Shown: piece after piece, positions 51,801-64,000 of the stretch | How positions within the stretch are numbered: position 1 is the first letter of the stretch | Layout of the letters: the number at the start of each line of letters is the position of its first letter | Assembly: GCA_000165425.1 (NCBI GenBank) | Contig: CT868650.1 | Location: forward strand, 124,001 to 188,000 | Source: Paramecium tetraurelia | Taxonomy: Eukaryota | Direction of reading: 5' to 3' | DNA length: 64,000 nt | Translations under genes and position numbers: made by a program | Notes under the pieces: model-generated | Told to the model about the DNA's origin: nothing | The model's input: only the letters and a program-made list of their open reading frames with translations | Database searches by the model: none

Positions 51801-54800
51801 TGGTTTTTGGATGAAGTTGTTTTTAACAAAGATAGATAATAAGTTAAGAATTTAACTTTTAATAATTGCAATTTGAATGATAATTTATTGAGTATTTTAA
51901 CTAATTAGATCAAAAAAATTAAGAGTATTGCAACATCATTTAGGAGATATTATAATTTACGATCAATAAATCTTCAAGAAAATCCAAACATCAGTGAAGC
52001 TGCTTGGGTCGACTTTTTTAATAAGTTGATGGAATAAAAAGCTCAAATTTAATTGGAATAAAATAAGAAAGAAGAGAAGAAGAAAGATCTTTTTGTTATA
52101 CAAAGTGACAATGAAGAAAATGAAGATGATATTGATTCTAAAAATGTTCTAAATAATAAGAAAGAAGACTAGCAATAAGATAATGAAGATTTCTAATAAA
52201 AGGAAGATAGGATTGATAAAATAGCTATTTCAAATGCTGATTTTGTATATAAGAATGAACTTTAAATTAAGGATAAATTGATCAACAATTTTGAAATATT
52301 TAAGCCTTCATTTCCTTCAAATTTACAATAGGTCTCTATAAATCTAGAGTTTAATGGCATTAAAGAATAGGAAAGAAAGGATAAACTTTATTACAACATA
52401 ATTGTTGGCTTAATTATTAATGCTGAAAGCTAAGTTGACAATATTAAACTTACAGGTACTGATTTAACTATGTTTATGTCAAACGTTTAAAAAGCCTAGT
52501 AATTGATATAAATACTAGTGAATAATTGTTATAAAGGTGATGTTAAAGATTTTAAAAGTAAAATTTAAAAAATAGAATTCAATTTTAAAACTGCAACTGA
52601 GAATGATGTCAAATTGTTTGTAAAAACATTTATTTGTTCAACTCATATTTAATTAAAGTCGCTAGAATTATCTGCACCCGATAATCAAGGCATAATTTCA
52701 TAGATCTTAAGTTAATTGCCTAATAGATCTGAATATGTGTTAGAGACTTTAAAGTTGAATTTCAAAGAAAAATTAACTGAAGGAGAAACATTTTAATTTT
52801 TTGAAAAAGTAATTTTAGGAACTGTTCTACCAATAAAAGTTCTGAAATTGGGAAGAGATATTTCATTCTCTCCTGCATATTTCTCAGAACTGTTGCTTAA
52901 TTAATAAACTATTCCTTTAGAACATTATGCTATTTCAATTTCAGATGAGGAAGAGTAATTATAGATTCATTCATAATTTTTAGAATTGCTATATTAATTC
53001 AACTGTAAAATAAAAATATTAGATATCAACAAAACCAAAGATATGAACAAACTTTTAGCAAAGTTGATTGAAAATAAAATTTAGAATCAAAATTCAGAGT
53101 CACTTTTAGAAGAGCTTTATATATATGGATAAATTAACGTTGACGTTAAATTTTTAACTTTCCTATTTTCATTGCTTAAAAATCTTAAATTACTTAAGTT
53201 GGATGATATATCTTTAGAAAATAAAGATGAAATTGAAAATTTTTTTAAGGATTATAAATTAGAGTTTTAATAAAGAGAGAACAGTTAGTTAGAAGTAAAA
53301 AAAATAAAAGGAGATGCATCACAATCTTTTTTAGAAAATTTTGTATTAAATGATAAAACTGGATTCAGCAACATTTTCTTAAAAAGTCATGAGTTACTCA
53401 CAAACTTCCCTGCTTTAAATAATATTTCTAAAATCAAATTACTCAAATTAGATATGGGGTTATTATATAATTCTTCAACTTAATTAAATGAAAAAGCGTT
53501 GACATTAATTGGATAGAAGTTTATCTATAATGAGGAAAGCAATTGTGAAGACCTCTTATTGTATTAACTACATTTAAAAGTTCCAGGTGTTAAGGCTTTA
53601 ACTAGTCCTGCACAGAAATTTAGAGAAGATATAGAGGCTTAGAAAAGGCAAAGTACCTGTCAATTAAAATTAAAAACTGTCGTCTTTTATTATTCTTTAT
53701 ATGTTTTAGACGAAGGACATGAATTGCTAATGAAGGATTTGTTTTTCTTTGAATATATAAATTTAGAAAGGCATTAAATACAAGTATCTAATTTCAACAA
53801 TGCTAATTGTAAATCAGTGTACACAAATGGTAAGAACTGGTTGAAATTCTAATAGCAGCATAATAGATAGTATAAAAATGAATATCCTATAAAATATATT
53901 GATTTTGGTAGAAATGAATTTGTTTCAGAGAAATAAGTATGGACTGATTTCCTCAACTTTTCTGTTTTTTCAGATTAAATGCCTCATTTAGAAACCTTCA
54001 ATATGCACTTTATGGCAATTAATGATTTAATTACTGAATATATTGTGGAAAATGCCTTAAATTATCTCAATAAAAAACCAAAGAACTTTAAGCTTCCAGT
54101 TAAGAAGATAAATTTCTCTCAAAATAACTCTTTGACTAAAATTGGATGGTAGAATATATTTGAGAACTTCTTCTTGCATCCTAAAGTAGATCTAATAGAG
54201 CTTAATATGATTAGTACAATGTTGGATTCTTAGGAGAAACTTGATGTCATCTATAATGCATTCAAATAACGTGCAGATAGAACCCCTAGTAAAAAATTGC
54301 CAATGCAAATGTTTCTTTGTTACAATGTCACCTTAAAAGACATGATCAAACCCTATTTGTCGACTCCTCCTCCTGATTATAAACCTCCTTCTCATTTACC
54401 AGTAGCTATTGATTATGAGGCTTGGAAGTATGGAGTTTATGATGGTATTCCAGAAGAGTTTGGAGAGAAAGTCCTCACATATTAAAGAATATTTTATCAG
54501 CATTCAGAATTTATAGAGACAAGTAAATGGAAGGAATACGAGGATGTTAAATTTGCCCCATATCATCTAGATTTTAGCGAACATTATTTGAAAAAAATGA
54601 ACACTTACTTCAAATAGCATTAAATTAAAAACCCATAAATCTATTTGAATCTTAATACACTCAAAGAATTTTCGTCAATTTTCAGATACCGCAGAGAAAA
54701 ACCAGGAAAACCTTTTCCTTATTAAATTGTCTTCTAAAATGATACTTATAGATTTCTAAAGAGTAGAGAGAGCATTATATACAAAATTAATTTAATTTAG

Positions 54801-56511
54801 AGTGAATTTTCAAATCTAGAGTTGATTAGTTAGGATGATGTAATTACAATTTGGAAATCAGTTAAAACTTGGAAGTCATCAATAGATTAAATATAGATTG
54901 AATATTCATTGAATGATAATCTTTGTGAGGAAATGATAAGATAAGGATTTTCAGAGAAGGACATAATTTAGTTAGTTAGAATTATACCTCCCAAGTCAAT
55001 AAGAATACAAGGAGGATTAAGTTTACCAGCTGTTAAAGGATTGTATTCTATACTTTACGATACTCATTACTTCCAATATTCTGTTATTAATTACGGTTTT
55101 GATTCATTTTTAAATACAGGTATTGGTTATGCTTTGAGAGAGACTGCATACAGTTATTAAGACAAAAATCTTTTTAGTAACAAGATGAAGAAGATGTTTT
55201 ACACTATATTTAACTTTTTTGTTTCTAAAGCCCAAAAATTTGAGTTTGATGATGAAATTCACAATCTAAATACTTATCTATCAAATAGAAAGTTGTTCTT
55301 CTTTTTGATTGCTTTTAATAATGTGTTGTTTTGGGCAGTTACATTGATATCACCCTTCTTTTTCACACATTATTATAATGGAGACACAGAACCTGAGTAA
55401 TAGGCTTATTATTGTGTAGCTGGAACTAGTAAAGAAGCAAATTATGTTTATTATGGTTTTGCTGCATTTTCTGCATTAATTGAAGCATTTCTATTTTATC
55501 AATTTTAATTGCAAATTCCTAACCACATTGAAAAATTAGAGCTCAAAATCGAAAAAATTGACGAAGAGTAAGAATTAAGATAACCATAGACAATCAATTA
55601 AGAATAGGATGTCAAAAAAAATTAAATCGCCCCATAATTATTTGATCGAGCAAAAAAAACTTATATTGATGTTTAAAAGGCCTTTTAAGTGCAATAAAAG
55701 AAAATCGCAGAATCTAAATTCTTGCAAGTTTTCTTAGTGCTTCTAAACTTAGCCTTTTCGTAATTATATAAATTTGACCTCTTTAATGATGTTGTGTTTA
55801 TCTTAACTTGCTTTTATTGTGATGAAAGCATACTATTCATTTTAACTCTTCTGATCACATCAATCACTTAAGGAATTTATATACTTTAGTTTTTGTATCT
55901 GTTATATATAAGAATTACTTAAACAGATACAACAGCCAAAATTTTATCGACGAAATTTATCAATGATATCTATTAGATAGCATTTCTGGGGAGAAACCAA
56001 GCTCTCAGTTAGCAATTAGATAAAGTTGCACCCTATAATGTTTCCATAATCCCTAATATCTGGCTGACAAGAACTTTTCTGTCAGATTATGCTGGAAGGA
56101 GCATGAGTAATCCGATTAAAGCATATTTTATGTAGTTTATGCTTGAAGATATGCCTTAAACAGCTTTATAAGCATATTTTGTTGTCAAATAAGGTTTGAA
56201 ATAAGGCAGTCTAAATTCATAAGTTATTTTCATAATAGTTATTTCGATTTACAACTTTATGTCGTCATTTTATCTGTAAGTTTTATAATTTATATTTTAG
56301 ATTTATGTCCATAAGACCATCAACGTTGAGTTAGGACGACTTTGATAAATTGTCTAAGATTAAGAAGAATAAATACTTAGAGATGAAAGAGCAACATTTA
56401 ATGGAAGAAGAGAAACAATTGAAGATATATTCAGAGTTGTACTCAAACCCCTCAAGAGTAGCCTCACCTATAAAATAAAACTAGGATGAGGAACATGAAT
56501 AGTTGTTATGA
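48850..56511 (+). CDS. Giant (~2500 aa) LRR-like repeat protein with C-terminal multi-pass membrane domain (XK-related-like)
   Basis: LRR-type units (LRYLSLSDIAIT, VKNLTFNNCNLND, LRSINLQENPNISEAAW, IKYIDFGRNEF, VKKINFSQNNSLTKIGW). TM region from about 55290 includes YKFDLFNDVVFILTCF and FMLEDMPQTALQAYF. Confidence 0.75.
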
Positions 56512-56652
56512 AAGATTATTTATAAGAAATTGAATGTTATTTGTGTTAATCATTATAAATTATGTTATAAAAAATCGTTTCGATATGAAAACGGATAGTT
56601 GATATAAAGTGATTAGGTTGATTGATAGAGGAGTTTAGCAATAATTAAATAA

Positions 56653-57779
56653 ATGAAGATTGCCATATTGCTTATTTTAGCTGTTTCACTCAATGCAGTC
56701 TCAACAGACTTGAATAGATAGGCCTAGAAGCACGTTGATGCCTTAATGAAAACAAATTGGGGACAAACCATCTTGCAATTGGCTGAATTGCATGCTCACA
56801 CAGGAGGAGTTTTATAAGACTTGGTAGGAGCAATTGAAGAAATGATTTAATAAATGTAAGATGAATTGGATGAAGTCGAATACAATTACGGAGTTAGAAC
56901 AAATGAACACAACTCATTATCATTATAATATACTTAAGAGGTTTAAGATGCTGATATTGGTATGTGATTTAAATTTAAATTAAGACATCTAAAGAAGTGC
57001 TGATACATTGGAGAATTTGCTTTATCCAAGAAGAGAATAACTCAAGAGCAAGATCTAATAATTGATTGATTACTAAGAATTCAATAGAAAGAATGTCGAT
57101 GAAGAAACATTGATCAGAGAATAAGAACATGATGCTTTCGAAGCTTAAATCGCTGAATTCAACGATGCAGTTGGTGCCACTGATGATGCCTTGAACTTGT
57201 TGAGCACATTGACCAACCCATCATTGGTTTAGATTCAAAAATTCTAAATCAATTTGAGAAAGATTGAAGCCAGAATCCAACCACATTCATAACACCAAAC
57301 CTTAATCAAAGCTTTGATCACCTTGGCTTCAGAATAAAACTTCTCAGACTAAGGAATCATCAAATAAATCGTTGACAAATTGAATGAATTCAGAAATGCT
57401 GTCGTTGATGCCATCAATGCTGCTACTGCTTAAGAAGCCTAAGATGTTCAAGACTACGAAGACAGAATTGAATAGTTGGATGCCGAATATGCTGAATTCT
57501 AAAGATAAATTACTAAAGTTACCATTGACTTGAATGCTACTTAAGGTAATTATCAATAAAATGAAAATAGAAAAAATTGAACAATTTTTATCATTCCAAG
57601 CCTAAAGATAATCTGACAGAAACACTGCTTAAGCTTTACTTGATTTGGAGAATGAACAATATGCTGATGACACCTAAATTTACACTGACTTAAAGAACAA
57701 ATTGATCAGAGACATTCAAGTGACTGAGGAAGCTTTCAGTTTAGTCAAGAGTGTTGACTTTAGCAAAATTAAAGTCTGA
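56653..57779 (+). CDS. Trichocyst matrix protein precursor, T1-like family
   Basis: Signal peptide, then WGQTILQLAELHAHTGGVLQDL...RTNEHN...IAEFNDAVGATDDALNLLSTLTNPSLVQI...LITLASEQNFSDQ, the Paramecium T1-type TMP layout. Two introns. Confidence 0.85.
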
Positions 57780-57899
57780 TTGAATATATTAATAACATTA
57801 ATAATTATTAATAGATATTTCTAGAAATAAATTTTAATTGTAGTTTAAAAGACATAGTTTTATGTTGATTAGAAATAAAAATTAATTTGAGGTAATTAA

Positions 57900-59979
<2,080 letters not shown>

Positions 59980-60062
59980 TATATATTATGTTATTAATGT
60001 TGTACAAATCTATTATTCTATTTTTAAAATACAAATTCTAAATATTTATAATCAAAAGTTGT

Positions 60063-61100
60063 TCATTGTAAAAAGTCATTATTGAAGGTTTATTGTTATT
60101 ACTATTATTATTGCTATTACTAATACTATTAGTATAATTGTTATTATTATTATTATGTTAATTATTACCATTATTGTTATTATTACTATTATTACTATTA
60201 TTGTTATTATTATTACAATTATTACTATTACTAATATTATTGCTATTATTATTACTATTACTATAACAATTATTATTATTATTACGAGAACTATTACTAT
60301 TATGCTTATTATACCAACTCTTCTTTCAATTTCCACCATCTACCATTACCTATAAATTATGTTACTCCTATCTCTTATAGTCTTGTTCTCAATCCTTTAT
60401 CACTTGTGACAACTGTAGTTTAGCTATTATTTTAACCTTGACACAATTTAACTATCAAATCATCTGCTATTTCTGGATAAGCTGACTAAATGCTAAAATT
60501 GATAAATTTTTAATTATTTAGGATTTTAAATGTTGTTATTTTGTCCTACTACCTTAACTCATGAAAATATTTGAAGGGCTCATATTTTGATAATTTTTAT
60601 CTTATTTTTTCAATTTTATTCATTTTATAAACATCCCATATTAAGTGAACTTCATCGAGTTATTATTCATTCAATTAGAACCAAACCAATATGATTTTTA
60701 ATACATTTTTGATTTATTTTTTAGGTTAGCCTCTAAATTTATTCCACTAATGACATGCATACTTAATATTATTACAATCTATGTATAATATTTTTGTATT
60801 GGATATGATTTAAATGATATTCTATTCGATAATTTACTATCTTCCTTCATTTTAATCATTTAATGATTAGACAACTTGATCAACATTCCAATTGTACCTC
60901 TTTAATAATCTGTAATTTTTTTTATGATCACAAAACCCCATACTTTAAAGTTATGCAAAATGTGGAGTGCCATGCGAATGTTATTATTAATGAGTTTGGT
61001 AATATTGCTAATTTTAAGGGAGAGGTTATTTAAATTGAGATAGCCATTATTGTTGTTCTAAGTAAAGAGGATGGAGATTATTATTTTATTAATTATTCAT
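60063..61100 (-). CDS. UBA + NYN/PIN-like (YacP/Rae1-type) putative ribonuclease with poly-Gln tail
   Basis: Intronless 346-codon frame: LQSMGFCDHKKNYRLLKRYNWNVDQVVQSL (UBA); ILYIDCNNI, VHLIWD, SAYPEIADDLIVKL, TTVVTSDKGLRTRL...GV...GNGRWW (PIN/NYN acidic motifs); then poly-Q. Confidence 0.75.
60090..60312 (-). repeat. Degenerate (TAA/TAG/CAA)n trinucleotide tract encoding poly-Gln
   Basis: Plus strand reads as TTA/CTA/TTG triplets, in frame with the NYN gene. Confidence 0.9.
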
Positions 61101-61408
61101 ATTAAAATTAAAATTACAAAAACTTAGAATTAGAGTATTTACATCAAGTTTTATCATAATTAGATTGATTCCATTTAATAATATATAAAAGCAAAGAATA
61201 GAACTAAATAAAATAAACATAGCTCATAATGTATTAAGTGAATATTAGTTATATTAACTACGCTGTAGATGATCAAGATGAATATTTCATAAGAAATTAA
61301 AATAGATCTTGCATTTGAATTCAATCTGATTCGATAACTTAGGTAATTGACTCTTCTCATAAATGAAGATTTATAACAAAACTATCAATATTAACAATTT
61401 ATATTTAA

Positions 61409-62732
61409 TCAATTTTTGTAAATTCTAATTTGCTATGAGATCTTCATTTTGCAAATTGGACATAATTACAAATTTTTACTACATTTGAAACAAGTAGAAT
61501 TGTGCTTACAAGGTAGACAAAGTGCATCTCGTTCATTTTCATTACATAGTGTACAAAAATTGTTTTCATTATAATTTATACTGAATTTATCTAATTGACA
61601 AAGGTATTAGTTAACTGTTCCAATCCTGATGACAGTCATTTCATCATCTATGGTGAGTGGGTAATTTTAACTTGGTTTTCCATCTTCAGATAACCTTAAC
61701 CAAGTTCTAAATTAATTAATAAATTAATATGTACCCATTAGTAGAGGAATGATCTTCAATAGTTACATTTTCATCAACTAAATAAAATTTAGCATGCAAA
61801 TTAGAAAGATGATGATCCTCAGGAAATGCAATATCAGCATTAGCCTTTCTACCAAAGGTGACTGAAGTTTTGTCTTGATTAAGATGAAAACTAATTTGTT
61901 CTTCGCAGTTTGGTCCTTCAAGAACAAGGAGTCCAAGGTGAATGCCATTGGAGACCTCTTCCAATTGAGAGACTTGAAATAAATTGCTGCCAAGTTCGAT
62001 TAACATACCTAGGAACAGGTTCATTCGTTTTTAAATTTTTATATATGTTCCTGTGGTGCTTCCGATATCCCTAATATAAAACTATAAATAGTCATTACAA
62101 AGAGATATACCTTAGAATCTTAGTATGTAATCTCAGCATGAAATCTACTAATATTTTCTTCCAAAATAAGAATTTAATTGCTTGAATGTCTTCCAATCTT
62201 TGCACCAGCTTGTTTGACGCAATAGAAATTGTTTTATTAACTCTCTAGAGGTTATAAGATGAGTTGATTTTCAATTAAATTGGTCATTTTGTTCTGAGAA
62301 CTATATAACTCATCATATTGATTAATGATTGATTAGCATTATTTTTCTTAACAAGCATTTACATTCTTTTAGAGAGTGAATTCTTCATTGGGCTATTTTT
62401 TTATGGTATTTAACTTAATTTAACATAAGTATATGCTATATTCTTTCAACCCTGTTGATATCCCTACCGATTAGATAATGGTTACAATTCATTAACTTTT
62501 TTTTGATTATTTTCTAGCTGATTCCCAATTCTTCTTCCAAATCGTTCTCCGTTATTTCTTCCAGAATGGAGCCATCGATTGAGCAATTCACTAAGATAGA
62601 ACAAGGAAACAACATACCAAACTTGTCCTCCATCTAACCCAGTCCAATAAATTGGAGCCAAATAACAACATCAGACACTTGCCATTTCTTGGGTTCTTTT
62701 GGCAAGAGTAAATAAAGAGAATCATAATCCAT
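61409..62732 (-). CDS. SAM-FHA-FHA-RING protein (putative phospho-dependent E3 ligase)
   Basis: SAM: PKKWQVSDVVIWLQFIGLGQMEDKF..CSIDGSILEEITENDLEEELGI. FHA1: KIGRHSSNQI...ISRFHAEI...IRDIGSTTGTY. FHA2: FGRKANADI...LSNLHAKF...EDHSSTNGTW. RING: CTLCNENERDALCLPCKHNSTCFKCSKNLQLCPICK. Confidence 0.9.
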
Positions 62733-62791
62733 TTATAAAATATTAATATTCCCGAGCTAATCCAGTTTTATTTAGTGAGAAAAATAAAAGA

Positions 62792-64000
62792 TCATTTAAT
62801 AAAGGCTATCACAATTGTAATATCGTCTATGACTTCGTCCTCTCTTTACCAAGCCTCCCTTGCTAACTAAACCAATTTTTAACAAGCTCCTTGGCTGTCA
62901 TCCCTTTTGTAATATTCATAAACAGTCTCAACAACTTATTCATTAGACAGAAATCTAAAACATAACAATAATGATATACTCCCAAATTCCATCCGAAGCA
63001 ACAACAATAAACTTGTCGCATGGCAAAAGAGAATGCTTAAAAATTTCAGGTTCACAAATTACTCCAACTTAACTGGCAACATAATCCCCAAAACTCCTTG
63101 ACATAGCTAACCCAGGCACATCTTCATCCTACTTCCAAACTCTTGCTGGTCCTATAGGATTTCCGTCTTCGTCACTGTAAGCCTATACTCTCCCTCCTCT
63201 TTAAAGAATCCGAGCCTATTCCAAAAAGCAATCTGGCTTATGATCTTTCGATAATTCTATAACAGATAGTTTGTTATCGAATCTGCCAATGATGGCTCTA
63301 CTATCTCCAATATTTGCACAATATAACACATTATCAAAAGACAACACAATAACAGTTGTTGCCCCAGAGTATGTTATATCAATTCCACTATCCATCAATT
63401 CGTCGCTTGTTTACAAAAAACAATTTTTGAGCACCAAATTAATTTACTTATCTCTTTCATAACATGTAGTCAAATTGACTACTCCCTATTCTACGAATTG
63501 AGGAAGTACTTCTCTTAAAAACTAGGCTACTTAATGACCATTTGTGCCATGTCCATCAGAAACTTGAATATACCAATCATTTTCTCTATTACAAAATCTT
63601 TAAATTAATTTGTAAATATCTTAATTTGTTTTAGTTTATCCATTGTAGAGCATACCTGCAGCACTTTGTCCATGTGCTTTCGCTATTTACAATTGCATTG
63701 TAGAGATGTCTGGATTGCTGATTGAACGAGGTCCCTTAAATAATTTAGGCTTTAGTATTAACTATTGTTATTATTTAGTCATTTCCATTAATTTTTAATA
63801 CTTTTTCTGAATCGTTTATTAGTTATAAAGATCTTTTGGTTATTAAATTTGAGATTGTTTATTTTCGCATTTGTCTTATTTAATTTTTAGTAGCAAAGAG
63901 AGAGCACTTGTTGAAAGATTCTAGGAGTTCTCCTTAGTTTCAATTAATTTGCTATTTTAACGTGCATGGGTTTTCTTTAATAAAACACTACTCACATCTT
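62792..64000 (-). CDS. PP2C/PPM-family protein phosphatase (5' end beyond the window)
   Basis: KTNQDIY, VSDGHGTNGHQVA, SGATTVIV, CANIGDSRAIIG, LSKDHKPD, PGLAMSRSFGDYVA, IVVASDGIWEFLSN, IDDITIVIAF-TGA. Confidence 0.95.

Noticed and set aside
60079..60355. Poly-Ile/Val/Thr ORFs on both strands in the ORF track, resembling membrane peptides
   Set aside because: These are alternative-frame and antisense shadows of the TAA/TAG poly-Gln tract of the NYN gene.

Overview
Very AT-rich, gene-dense eukaryotic DNA, almost certainly macronuclear sequence of a Paramecium species (aurelia complex; P. tetraurelia is plausible but cannot be proven from the window). TAA/TAG read as Gln inside conserved proteins, only TGA stops, and introns are tiny (about 20-30 nt, GT..AG). 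The supplied standard-code ORF track is therefore mostly fragments or shadow ORFs, and I re-translated by hand with the ciliate code. About 29 protein-coding loci are visible. They include TVP23, PIG-M, two kinesin-fold proteins, DNAAF5-like, CFAP119-like, a TLDc protein, GCDH, a six-EF-hand kinase, a PAS membrane protein, a HECT E3, CEP164, ODAD1, a T1-type trichocyst matrix protein, mitochondrial Hsp70 and a partial PP2C. I saw no rRNA, tRNA, telomere, transposon or retained IES. The most interesting candidates are a UBA-NYN/PIN ribonuclease with a poly-Q tail next to a SAM-FHA-FHA-RING ligase and a PP2C, a DUSP-AZUL-HECT fusion, a giant LRR protein ending in an XK-scramblase-like membrane domain, a motif-dead kinesin fold, and head-to-head genes only 10 and 16 bp apart. 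All domain calls are motif recognition by eye, not database searches, and exon boundaries are approximate.
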